Positions 27,510-36,571 of a stretch of DNA of 37,356 nt are shown piece after piece (the first letter of the stretch is position 1; each line of letters begins with the position of its first letter). Position numbers and translations under genes: made by a program. The notes below the pieces were generated by a model. That model was not told the DNA's origin and searched no databases. It worked only from the letters and a program-made list of their open reading frames with translations. The DNA lies in contig PAUN01000056.1 in the NCBI GenBank assembly GCA_002712885.1, positions 33,135 through 70,490 on the forward strand. The letters are read 5' to 3'. This DNA is from Acidobacteriota bacterium. Its GTDB lineage: Bacteria; Acidobacteriota; Vicinamibacteria; Vicinamibacterales; UBA8438.

Positions 27510-27838
27510 CTATCCGTCGCGCAACGCCTCGGTCGGGTCGACCCGCAGGCCGCGACGGGCCGGTCCGGCCGCCGCCAGCAACCCGACGACGATCATGAAG
27601 ACGGCGGTCATCGAAACGATCCCGTGGATACTCCCGTGACGCATGTCCTCGATCCCCGTCGACAGGAAGCGGTTGAGCGGAACCCCCAAGAGGATGCCGA
27701 CCGCTGCGCCGGCCCCGACCTGGCGCAACGCCCCCCGGAAGATACCGGCCAGCAAGCGTCTGGGTTGTGCGCCCAAGGCCGACCGAATGCCGATCTCACG
27801 TGTACGGCGGTTGACGCTGAACGACATCAACGCGTGAG
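27510..27838 (-). pseudogene. C-terminal remnant of a MacB/FtsX-type (ADOP-like) ABC permease
   Basis: [22 protein letters not shown]...PARRGLRVDPTEALR is the typical C-terminus of these long permeases. Only about 107 aa remain, and they overlap the 3' end of the upstream gene. Confidence 0.8.
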
Positions 27839-28638
27839 GCCAACTGATACACGCCACGCGCCGGTGTGATCGCGTATCCGTCCGCTACCAGTGCCCGATT
27901 GCCTAGACCGGCCTCGGGGCGAGACAGGCCGGTCACGCGCGCCAGTTCGCCAGGAATCGTCAGACCGGCTCCAGCCAGAAAGCATCGAGCGATTTCCCGG
28001 ACCGCGTTGTCTCGGCGGACTCGCCGAGTGAGCGATGCAGGAAACCGCCCGATGCCCAGCGTCCAGATGTAGGTGAACCTCGGTTGGTAGACGACCTCGC
28101 TGGGGACGACGAGCATCACCGCCTGGAGCTCATCGATGGCTCGGGTAAACGCCCGTCGCTCGGTCACCCCCGATTCGCTCCGCAGATCGGCGGTGGCGAG
28201 CTCCCACTCGTGGCGCAAGACGCGCAGGACCCGACTGGCGTCCTGGCTCAGGCGCCGCGTCTCTTCGGACTTGCGGATACCCCACACCGCATGAAAGTAG
28301 GGGATCATGCGCGGCGCGAGGAACATCGCCTTGCCGCGCGACAGCTTGGCGTAATACGTCTTACCGCGCCGCACGAGCTGGTCCTTCAACTGCCAGGTGA
28401 GCGACGCCTCGGGGTCTTTCTGAACGTTGCGCGGCATGACGGCGTCGCGGCGTCCACACACCGCAACATAGAGCGATGCACCGGGACGGCGTGCGTCAGT
28501 GAGGCAGGCGGCGAACCCGTTGCGCTCAACGAACTGTTCCGCGTCGAGGGGGGTCTCGACCTGGAGGCTCCCTTCCCGCTGCCAATGTTCGTCGCGGTAA
28601 TCTTCGACGTCCGGTGGAATGTGCGGACGAGGTCTCAT
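27796..28638 (-). CDS. Winged-helix protein, AlkZ/YcaQ (HTH_42)-related, function uncertain
   Basis: [23 protein letters not shown]...[21 protein letters not shown] and [12 protein letters not shown] helix-turn-helix-like segments. The ORF is solid; the family call is from recall. Confidence 0.55.
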   Translation of the reverse strand: MRPRPHIPPDVEDYRDEHWQREGSLQVETPLDAEQFVERNGFAACLTDARRPGASLYVAVCGRRDAVMPRNVQKDPEASLTWQLKDQLVRRGKTYYAKLSRGKAMFLAPRMIPYFHAVWGIRKSEETRRLSQDASRVLRVLRHEWELATADLRSESGVTERRAFTRAIDELQAVMLVVPSEVVYQPRFTYIWTLGIGRFPASLTRRVRRDNAVREIARCFLAGAGLTIPGELARVTGLSRPEAGLGNRALVADGYAITPARGVYQLASRVDVVQRQPPYT

Positions 28639-28821
28639 GCGGCTGAACTCAGGCGTGAGGCTTGTCAGTCAGCGTCCACGCAGGCGACGTTCGCCGAGGC
28701 GTCATGCGACCTCCACGATTGAATCGTAGGATACCGCGCCCACGCCATTCTTCCGCAACTCCTAGGGGACGCGCACCACGCCCCATCCGCGCGATATGAT
28801 TGCCGGCATATCGGAGGCACC

Positions 28822-30753
28822 ATGAACAGATTCGCGCCAATTCTCGTCGCCGCCACCACCCTCGCACTGTTGCTGCCTGGAAACGCGGTCGCGCAGATCG
28901 CAGAGTTCGATCTGGAGGTTATCGAATCGCCCGCGCTCGAGGGACGGCATTTCGGCGCGGCCGGTCAATATGAGCTGTTGCGGGGCATCGTCACCGGGGC
29001 GATCGACCCGGACGACCCGCGCCACCGAAACATCGTGAATCTCGACCGAGCGGCTCGGAACGACACCGGGCACGTCGAGTACCGCGCCACCGTCGAAATC
29101 TACCGACCGGTCGATATGACCCGGTGGAACCGCGGGATTTACCACACCGTGTCGAACCGGGGCCGATCCGGCGCGGCCGAGGTCGCGCTCCTCGAACGGG
29201 GCTTCGCATTCGTGCAGGTGGGCTGGCAGGGTGACCTCACCTCCAGCGAATCGAACATCGTCGCCTATCTCCCTACCGCCACGCAGGCGGACGGATCGCC
29301 GATCGTCGGCCCGACGCTCGAGGAATTCATCTTTGATGACACCGAGCGTGTGTCCCGTCGGCGCTTGACCTATCCCGTCGCGTCACTCGGATCGCGCGGC
29401 GGGATGATCTCGATTAGGACGAGTCAGAACGCGCGGCGCCAGACACCGGAGGATTTGGATTGGGTTTTTGTCAGCCCTACCGAAGTCGAGATTACGCGAC
29501 CGGCCGGGTTCGATGGCGGCGCGATCTACGAGTTCATCTACGAAGCCAAGGACCCGATCGTGATGGGTCTGGGATTCGCCGCGATGCGCGACGCCATCTC
29601 GTTCCTGCGCTACGAAGACACGGATACCGCCGGGCACGCGAATCCACTCGCCACCCCAGGCCTGCCCCGCACGGCGATCTCCCTCGGCGTGTCGCAGAGC
29701 GGTCGAATGTTGCGGGACTTTCTGTATCAGGGCTTCAACGAAGACGTGGCTGCCCGGATTGTCTTCGATGGCATGCACCCGAACATCGCGGGGTCACGCA
29801 AGAGCTTCACGAACTATCAGTTCTCTCAGCCGGGTCGCTGGCAGAAGCAACATGAGGACCACAACTACCCCGGCGACCAGTTCCCCTTTACCTATGCCAC
29901 GTTGACGGATCCGATCAGCGGCCGCACGGATGGGCTGCTCGAGCGATGCCGCGTGTCGGACACCTGTCCGAAGATCATCCACAGCGACGGCGAGGCGGAA
30001 CTCTGGCAGGCGCGCGCGTCCCTGGTCGTGACCGACTCGCGTGGCCAGCACATCGAACAGCCGGACAACGTGCGGGTGTATCTGATTGCGGGTGTCCGAC
30101 ACGGTGGTGGTCCCGGCGTGCACGCGGCGACGCCGACGCAGGGCATCTGTCAAAACCTGAACAATCCGCTGGCGCTGAGTCAGACCCGCGCGGCGCTGAG
30201 TATCGCGCTGCAGGAGTGGGTGGCGCAGGATATCGAGCCGCCGGCGAGTCGGTTCCCCACCGTTGCGAACGGCGGACTTGTCACCGCCACCCGCGTCGGC
30301 TTTCCGGACATTCCGGGGGTGACATACTCGGGATCGTACAACCCGCTGTCGCTGGCGGACCATCGCTCGATGCCGCCGATGCAGGGCGCCCCCTACACCG
30401 TGCTCGTGGCACAAACCGATACCGACGGCAACATGACCGGCGGCGTGCGGCATCCCAATCTCGCCGCGCCAATCGGCACGCATACGGGGTGGAACCTGCG
30501 GCGTCAGGGCTTCGCCGCGGGCCAGCAGTGTGGAGGCGCAGGGTCGTACATTCCGTTCGCCGCCACGCGCAGCGCGCGCGAGTCGGCTGGCGACCCGCGG
30601 GCGTCGATCGAGGAACGGTATCCGAATCACGCCGCCTATGTGCGCGCGATCTCTGACGCGGCTGACGCATTGGTACGCGACCGGCTGCTGCTCCAGAGCG
30701 ACGCGGACGAGATCGTCGCGCTGGCGCGAGGCAGCCGAGGCAAGACGAACTAG
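28822..30753 (+). CDS. Secreted alpha/beta-hydrolase-domain protein
   Basis: Signal peptide; nucleophile elbow GVSQSG; GWQGD, GLGFAAMRD, FPFTY, DTDGN..GGVR.P and DPRASIEERY; GGAGG RBS. Confidence 0.85.
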   Translation: MNRFAPILVAATTLALLLPGNAVAQIAEFDLEVIESPALEGRHFGAAGQYELLRGIVTGAIDPDDPRHRNIVNLDRAARNDTGHVEYRATVEIYRPVDMTRWNRGIYHTVSNRGRSGAAEVALLERGFAFVQVGWQGDLTSSESNIVAYLPTATQADGSPIVGPTLEEFIFDDTERVSRRRLTYPVASLGSRGGMISIRTSQNARRQTPEDLDWVFVSPTEVEITRPAGFDGGAIYEFIYEAKDPIVMGLGFAAMRDAISFLRYEDTDTAGHANPLATPGLPRTAISLGVSQSGRMLRDFLYQGFNEDVAARIVFDGMHPNIAGSRKSFTNYQFSQPGRWQKQHEDHNYPGDQFPFTYATLTDPISGRTDGLLERCRVSDTCPKIIHSDGEAELWQARASLVVTDSRGQHIEQPDNVRVYLIAGVRHGGGPGVHAATPTQGICQNLNNPLALSQTRAALSIALQEWVAQDIEPPASRFPTVANGGLVTATRVGFPDIPGVTYSGSYNPLSLADHRSMPPMQGAPYTVLVAQTDTDGNMTGGVRHPNLAAPIGTHTGWNLRRQGFAAGQQCGGAGSYIPFAATRSARESAGDPRASIEERYPNHAAYVRAISDAADALVRDRLLLQSDADEIVALARGSRGKTN

Positions 30754-31640
30754 TGCCCGTGGCCGACGCCGCCTCTGTTTCGAATCGCGGGCCTCAGCAG
30801 TACGACCATTTCGCCGACATCTACGGCGTTTGGACCGAGACCGCCTCATCGACGCGTGCCAATCTGCCGTTCTACGTCGATGCCTACTTGGCCGCCCAGG
30901 GACCAGTCGTGGAATTGGGCGTGGGTGACGGGCGTATCGCGGTTCGGGCGGCGACACGTGGCTGCCGGGTGATCGGCGTAGACACATCCACCGCCATGCT
31001 GGATCTGTGCCGGGCGCGCGCGACACGCGCCCGTGTCACGGACTGCGTCGACCTGCGGCAGGCCGATTTCCGCGACTTCACGCTGACGGAACCGGCCGAT
31101 CTCATTGCGCTCCCGTACCACAGCATCGGGCACCTGACCACACTCGACGACAAACGCCGCGCACTCCACCAGGTGTTCGCACAACTTCGACCGGGCGGAC
31201 GGTTCATCTTCGATGATTTCCTCATGACCCCCGCGCTCATCACGCACATGCGGCAGGTGCAACTTCGAGCCATGTATCCGTCGTCATCATCATCCCCTAC
31301 CCCGTCGCCGGGCGCATCCACCTCGCGCTCACCGGAACAGGACACCCTGCTGTGGGTCACCTCTCTGGTGAACGAATCGTCCCAAACGCTCACCGTCGTC
31401 ACTTGGGAGGATCTCCTGCACCCCGACGGGCGTCTCGACACGCGGCGCTATCGCCGCCTGAGTCTGAGCTGGCTGCTCCCGACCCAGGCGCGACAATTGC
31501 TCGACGACGCCGGATTCGAGGTTGAAGCCTGTTTCGGCGACTTTCAGCGCACGCCCTTCGCTGAAACCACCGCGGTGGAGCAGGTCTGGATCGCCCGCAA
31601 GCCCTCAACACACAGCGCAAACGTGAGGACCGCGACGTGA
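30753..31640 (+). CDS. Class I SAM-dependent methyltransferase
   Basis: YD.FADIY, VVELGVGDGR (motif I), GVDTS.AML, ADFRDF, LRPGGRFIFD, LL.DAGFEV...FGDF. Start is GTG 30753 or 30759. Confidence 0.88.
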   Translation: MPVADAASVSNRGPQQYDHFADIYGVWTETASSTRANLPFYVDAYLAAQGPVVELGVGDGRIAVRAATRGCRVIGVDTSTAMLDLCRARATRARVTDCVDLRQADFRDFTLTEPADLIALPYHSIGHLTTLDDKRRALHQVFAQLRPGGRFIFDDFLMTPALITHMRQVQLRAMYPSSSSSPTPSPGASTSRSPEQDTLLWVTSLVNESSQTLTVVTWEDLLHPDGRLDTRRYRRLSLSWLLPTQARQLLDDAGFEVEACFGDFQRTPFAETTAVEQVWIARKPSTHSANVRTAT

Positions 31641-31999
31641 CGATCGGGACGACGGGGCTCAAGAATCTGCGGGTCGACTGCGTGGTCGGCGTCTACGACT
31701 ACGAGCGCGCGGCAGCCCAGCCGGTGCTGTTCGACATCGAGTTGGACTACGATTTCGCAGCCGCGGCCGGCTCCGACGCCATCGGCGACGCCATCGACTA
31801 CGACCGCGCCGCCACCGCCGTCACCGCGCTGGTCCAGGAGCGCCAGTTCGCGCTGCTGGAGAGCATGGCGGAAGCGGTCGCGGCGCGCTTGCTGGACGAG
31901 ATGCCACCGGTACAGATCGTGCGTCTGGAGATCAGAAAGCCGCAGGCGGTGCCGGCCGCCGCTGGTGCGTTCGTACGGGTGGAGCGCACACGCGTATGA
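31637..31999 (+). CDS. folB: Dihydroneopterin aldolase
   Basis: 120 aa; GVYDYER...QPVLFDIEL, DAIDY, FALLESMAE and LEIRKP carry the conserved Glu, Tyr and catalytic Lys. GTGA overlap with the methyltransferase. Confidence 0.92.
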   Translation: MTIGTTGLKNLRVDCVVGVYDYERAAAQPVLFDIELDYDFAAAAGSDAIGDAIDYDRAATAVTALVQERQFALLESMAEAVAARLLDEMPPVQIVRLEIRKPQAVPAAAGAFVRVERTRV

Positions 32000-32727
32000 G
32001 TGTGTCCGGCGACGGACCGGTGGCGGTGGTGACCGGCGGAGCCCGGCGACTCGGTCGCCATCTGTGCTCGACGCTGGCCGCACGCGGCTTCGACCTCGTC
32101 GTGCTCTATCGCACGGCGGAGGCGGACGCCCAGTCACTGACGGCAGCGATCGAAGCACGCGGTCGCCACGCCCGAGCCCTACCGGTGGATGTTGCCCTCG
32201 AGGCGGACGTGGCGTCGGTGTTTCGCGACATCCGAGCCACCGAGGGCCGCCTCGATCTCCTGGTCAACAACGTCGGCAACTACAACCCGCAGCATGTGAC
32301 CAAGCTCGACCCGACCGCGTGGGATGCGACCCTCGCCGCCAATCTATCGGGTGCCTTCTACTGCTGCTATCACGCGCTTCCGTTCATGTCTGACAATGGG
32401 AACATCATCAATGTCGGCATGGCCGGCTTGGAGGGGATCCGCGCCAATGTCCACGGCACCGACTACTACGTCAGCAAGACCGGTCTGCTCGTGCTGACGC
32501 GCGCGCTGGCGGCGGCGCACGCCGACCGTCGGATCCGCGTGAACATGGTGTCGCCGGGACAACTCGACAACTCCATCGATCTCCCGCCACCGGACAAGAT
32601 CGGCCGGACCGTGCCGCTGGGCCGGGCCGGGCATCTCGACGACGTCACCCAGGCCGTCGAATATCTGCTCGACGCCAGTTACGTCACCGGCGTCAACATC
32701 GACATCTCAGGCGGCTACCGGCTCTAG
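31996..32727 (+). CDS. SDR oxidoreductase, pteridine/dihydrofolate reductase-like (FolM/PTR1/Thermus TmpR-like)
   Basis: VTGGARRLG, LVNNVGNY, NVGMAG, YYVSK (YxxxK), NMVSPG..DNS, PLGR and YVTG..I.ISGG. ATGA overlap with folB supports a pterin substrate. Confidence 0.78.
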   Translation: MSVSGDGPVAVVTGGARRLGRHLCSTLAARGFDLVVLYRTAEADAQSLTAAIEARGRHARALPVDVALEADVASVFRDIRATEGRLDLLVNNVGNYNPQHVTKLDPTAWDATLAANLSGAFYCCYHALPFMSDNGNIINVGMAGLEGIRANVHGTDYYVSKTGLLVLTRALAAAHADRRIRVNMVSPGQLDNSIDLPPPDKIGRTVPLGRAGHLDDVTQAVEYLLDASYVTGVNIDISGGYRL

Positions 32728-32739
32728 TGGCGTCGAACC

Positions 32740-33927
32740 GTGCGTCTCAGCGGACAGTCCCTGGCCACCTCCGCGACATCCCTGCGCCCACTCTGGGATC
32801 GGGCGGCCGAGTGGGAGTGCCGTCTCCGCATGGTGGCCGGAGCTCGGCAGTTCCTGTATCTATCGACCTACTACCTGGAGTACGACGCGTACGGCGCCGA
32901 ACTGGTCACAGCCCTGGTCGAGGCGCAGCGACGCGGGGTGGCGGTGCACCTGCTGGTCGATCGCTTTGGTCAGACACTTGGCGGCGTGCTGATGAGAGAG
33001 GACGTCAAGGCGACGCTTGCCGCCCGACTCGACGACCTGCTCGCGGCTGGAGCGACGGTCGAGTTCTACGCGCCGAGACACTACCTGCAGCGGCAACTGG
33101 GCGGCGGCCAGCATGTCAAGATTCAGGTCTCCGAGGCGGGTGAGGCCCTGTTCGGGAGCAGCAACATCACCGCCTCGAGTTTCGAGCGCTGGCACGAATA
33201 CTCCGTCGCGGTGCGCGGACCAATCGTGTCCACGCTGTTGGCCAGTTACGACGAAATTGGCGGCACGGTGGACGACGCCCACCTGCGGCACCTGGAGGAG
33301 AACCCAGCCGTTCAGCCGGCGGACATCGCGCGCGACGTCGACCTCGAATACTGGTTCTGCAACCCCAACCTGCACCAGGGCCGGCGAGGGCCACTGTGGT
33401 GGCGCGGACGGAATGTGGTGACCGACCGCTTGGTGGACTTGGTGGACAGCGCCCGCGAGCGACTCCAGATCACCGCGTTCTACTTCAAGCCGATTCCGGT
33501 GCTCATGGACGCGGTGCTCCGAGCCGCCCGCCGAGGGGTGCGGGTGGAGGTGTACCATTCGCATCGGGAGGCGCTCGACGCCACCGATCTGGCGTGGATC
33601 GCGGCGGCGGCGAGCTACGACCGGCTGCTGGCCTCGGGCGTGCGCATCTATGAGCATCGGTGCGGCGAGCACTCGAAAATCGTGCTCGTGGACGCTGGCC
33701 CGGTTGCCTTCGGCAGCTACAACTTCGAGGACGCTGCGCACGACCGGTTGGCGGAGGCGATGCTGGCCACACCCGACCCGGGTGTCGTGGCCCACGCGTC
33801 ATCGATTTTCGACGAGCTGCGTCAGGACCCGAACAACATTCCGGTCACGCACGAGTTTCGAGGCCGACTCTCCCGATCGCTGCGGTGGCAACTGGCGCTG
33901 ATGGGCCGTTTCAAGCGATGGATGTAG
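32740..33927 (+). CDS. Phospholipase D superfamily protein with two HKD-type motifs and no membrane anchor
   Basis: HVKIQVSE-x6-GSSN and HSKIVLVD-x6-GSYN; AQRRGVAVHLLVD and AARRGVRVEV; cardiolipin-synthase-like layout. Confidence 0.85.
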   Translation: MRLSGQSLATSATSLRPLWDRAAEWECRLRMVAGARQFLYLSTYYLEYDAYGAELVTALVEAQRRGVAVHLLVDRFGQTLGGVLMREDVKATLAARLDDLLAAGATVEFYAPRHYLQRQLGGGQHVKIQVSEAGEALFGSSNITASSFERWHEYSVAVRGPIVSTLLASYDEIGGTVDDAHLRHLEENPAVQPADIARDVDLEYWFCNPNLHQGRRGPLWWRGRNVVTDRLVDLVDSARERLQITAFYFKPIPVLMDAVLRAARRGVRVEVYHSHREALDATDLAWIAAAASYDRLLASGVRIYEHRCGEHSKIVLVDAGPVAFGSYNFEDAAHDRLAEAMLATPDPGVVAHASSIFDELRQDPNNIPVTHEFRGRLSRSLRWQLALMGRFKRWM

Positions 33928-33943
33928 TCGAGAGGACACCGGC

Positions 33944-34531
33944 GTGACGCCCGAGGATCTGCGGTTCACGGAAATCGAGCACAAGTTCCTAGTCGACGAC
34001 CAGTTCGACCTGGCCGTCTTCGACACGACCTTGCGCGACCTGGGCCCTGAGAAGACCACATCAATACAGGTTCGCGACCGCTACTACCTGACCGCGGGCG
34101 GGCAAGCCGGAGGATTTCTCATCCGGCATCGTTTCGACCCCGAGTTGCACCACCTGACGCTGAAGGCCGTGGGACCGGACACCGAGGCGCGCTCAGAGAT
34201 CAACCTCGACCTCGGCCACCATGCCGGCGACCAGCAGGCCGCGGTCGACGCGTTTCTCGACCGGCTTGGGGTTGAGTGGCGCGGCACGCTCCAGAAGGAC
34301 CTGCGTGTGTGGCAATTCGCGGATATCGAAGTCGTCCACTACTGCGCCACGACCGAGACCCGGGCCGTCCGATGTGTGGAGTTCGAAGCGACCCACAAAC
34401 CCTCGCTTACCGACGCGCTCGACGTCGTGCACCGGTATGAGCGTGCGACCGGGTTTGACGAGCGGGATCGGTCACGCCTGTCACTTCCGCAAATGCTCTT
34501 TCCGGAAATCGCGGTGGCGTTCGGGGACTAA
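33944..34531 (+). CDS. CYTH / triphosphate tunnel metalloenzyme-like protein
   Basis: N-terminal EIEHKF (ExExK), DRYY, IRHR, LTLK, RSEIN, K..RVW and VEFE; GAGAGGA RBS before GTG 33944. Confidence 0.72.
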   Translation: MTPEDLRFTEIEHKFLVDDQFDLAVFDTTLRDLGPEKTTSIQVRDRYYLTAGGQAGGFLIRHRFDPELHHLTLKAVGPDTEARSEINLDLGHHAGDQQAAVDAFLDRLGVEWRGTLQKDLRVWQFADIEVVHYCATTETRAVRCVEFEATHKPSLTDALDVVHRYERATGFDERDRSRLSLPQMLFPEIAVAFGD

Positions 34532-34557
34532 CGCGAGCGACCGGCAACCGGGTCGCG

Positions 34558-36300
34558 TCAGGGCAGCTTGAAGACGAACAGCGTGTTGCCGCGACCTGGC
34601 TGCTGGATCTCCGGCGTAAGTCCGCGGAAATTGATACCGCCACCGGCCGCAATGGCGAGGTATTGCACGCCGTCGTGCATGTAGGAGACCGGAAACCCGC
34701 CCGCGCTCGAGTTGAGAATCTGCTCCCACAGGATGTCGCCACTGCGGGCGTCGAAGGCGCGAAACCGCCGGGCGTCATCGGTCACGAACACCAGACCGCC
34801 ACCGGTGGTCAGCACCGAACCACCCATGCCGGCCCGCTGCCGATACACCCAGAGCGGCTGGCCGGTGGTCAGGTCCATGGCCGTGAACTGACCGATTTCG
34901 CCGTCGATGTCCGGGGCCGGTGCCTGCGCGATCCGGGCCGACCCGTGGTGGGCGCCAGGCCGGTCACGGAACTGATTGAGCGTCAGGTCCATGCAGACGT
35001 TGTTGGTCGGCGCGTACAGCGCGTTCGTTCCAGGGTGGTAGGCGGTCGCCTGCCAGTTGATACCACCCAAGGCGCTCGGGCAGACGAACACGGGCTTCCC
35101 CACCTCCGGGAACTTCAACGCTGAATTGAGAATGACCCGGCGGCTCTCGGCGTCGATATCCACCACGACGTTCTGATAGTTGGTGGGCTCGGCCCACAGG
35201 AACGCACCGGTCGCGGCGTCTAGGGCCCAGACGATGCCGGTCTTGCCCGGGATGCCGGTCACGATCTTGCGGCGCCCGCCCGGCGTGATCGAGCTGTTCT
35301 TCCACCGAACCGCGGCGTCCGGCGAGACCTCTGTCTCGACCACTAACCGGGCGTAGGGATGGTCGAGATCCCACTCGTCATTGGGAATGTGTTGAAAATA
35401 CCAGACGATGTCTCCCGTGTCGGCATTCAACGCCAGCGTGGAATTCGTATAGAGGACGTCGCCGTCTCCGGTTCCGCGCTGGACGGAGCCCCATGGAATC
35501 GGCACCCCCACTCCGGTATAGATCAGGTTCAACTCCGGGTCGTAGCTCGGTGAGTTCCACGCGGAGCCGCCGCGACGGTCCTCGTCCGGCACGTCACCCC
35601 AGCTGTCGTAACCAAACTCGCCCCGGCCAGGGATGGTGTAGGTGCGCCACGCCTCCTCACCCGTGTCGACGTCGTGGGCCGACACCCAGCAGCGGGTGTT
35701 GAGGTGATAGCAGCCCGACATGCCAGCGACGACGCGCCCTTTGATCACCATCGGGCCGCCGGAGTAGTGCTGGCCGATGGTCCAGTCGCCGACCTCCACG
35801 TCCCACGCGACGTCGCCCGTACGCGCATCCAGGGCGACCAGATGGGCGTCGTGAGTCGCGATAAACAACTTGTCTTGATAGAGGGCACCGTTGCGGTTCG
35901 CACACGACAACCTCGCCGCGTGGTCGACGCGCTCGCGGCGATACTGCCAAATGCGGGACCCGTCACGCACGTCGAGCGCCTCGACGAAGTCGCATGCCTG
36001 CACCAGGAACATCATCCCGTCGTGCACCAGCGGGGTCGTTTCCTGAAGACCTTCGCCCATTGTCCAGGCCCAGGCGAGACGGAGGGTGCCGACATTGGAT
36101 GTGTTGATCTGGTCGAGTGGACTGTGGCCCCAGTGGCCGTAGGTCCGCCGCCACATGGGCCAATCGCCGGGCGCCGGGTCCACCAGCATTTCGTCGGTCA
36201 CCGGCGTGTAGCTGTCGGCGACCGACTGCGCCGACACGACAGACCCGGCGACCACGACGAGGCACAAGACACCAATCACCCACCGGCACGCTATTCGCAT
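34558..36300 (-). CDS. PQQ-dependent dehydrogenase, alcohol-dehydrogenase-like, secreted
   Basis: PVTDEML..P.PGDW..WRR.Y...GHSPLDQI..LRLAW, ETTPLV, YDPELNLIY.G, NDEWDLD, CPSALGG.NW, GGLVF, RFRAFD..SG..LW and QYLAI. Start at ATG 36300 (GGGAGAG upstream, signal peptide follows). Confidence 0.87.
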   Translation of the reverse strand: MRIACRWVIGVLCLVVVAGSVVSAQSVADSYTPVTDEMLVDPAPGDWPMWRRTYGHWGHSPLDQINTSNVGTLRLAWAWTMGEGLQETTPLVHDGMMFLVQACDFVEALDVRDGSRIWQYRRERVDHAARLSCANRNGALYQDKLFIATHDAHLVALDARTGDVAWDVEVGDWTIGQHYSGGPMVIKGRVVAGMSGCYHLNTRCWVSAHDVDTGEEAWRTYTIPGRGEFGYDSWGDVPDEDRRGGSAWNSPSYDPELNLIYTGVGVPIPWGSVQRGTGDGDVLYTNSTLALNADTGDIVWYFQHIPNDEWDLDHPYARLVVETEVSPDAAVRWKNSSITPGGRRKIVTGIPGKTGIVWALDAATGAFLWAEPTNYQNVVVDIDAESRRVILNSALKFPEVGKPVFVCPSALGGINWQATAYHPGTNALYAPTNNVCMDLTLNQFRDRPGAHHGSARIAQAPAPDIDGEIGQFTAMDLTTGQPLWVYRQRAGMGGSVLTTGGGLVFVTDDARRFRAFDARSGDILWEQILNSSAGGFPVSYMHDGVQYLAIAAGGGINFRGLTPEIQQPGRGNTLFVFKLP

Positions 36301-36390
36301 TGCTCTCTCCCTGGACCAGCGCCCACCCGAAGACCGTATCCGCCCCACCTGGACGGGAAACAAGAACGGTTAACTTTTGCCGCAAGCAAG

Positions 36391-36417
36391 GCAACATAAA
36401 TGTTGCGTAATACGCAA
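36391..36417. promoter_or_regulatory. Two overlapping perfect 7-bp palindromes, candidate operator
   Basis: GCAACAT-AA-ATGTTGC (36391-36406) and TTGCGTA-A-TACGCAA (36403-36417) in the AT-rich spacer between divergent genes. Confidence 0.45.
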
Positions 36418-36489
36418 ACGCGCCCGATTCCATGAGAACGCAACTCGTCGATGGCTGCTTCAAAAGACTGCTTTCACGTCATTCAACCG

Positions 36490-36518
36490 TTGACAGAATT
36501 GGCACAGAAGCCTCTAAT
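36490..36518 (+). promoter_or_regulatory. Sigma70-type promoter for the aquaporin gene
   Basis: TTGACA (36490-36495), 17-nt spacer, TCTAAT (36513-36518); AGGAG RBS at 36559-36563. Confidence 0.65.
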
Positions 36519-36571
36519 GCGGGAACTCAGCGCTCGACAACCCAAGCAATAACAGCACAGGAGATCGCGTT

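Noticed and set aside
36499-36515. Sigma54 promoter (TTGGCAC)
   Set aside because: The -12 GC is absent (CCTCT at that position); a sigma70 TTGACA-17-TCTAAT fits the same region better.
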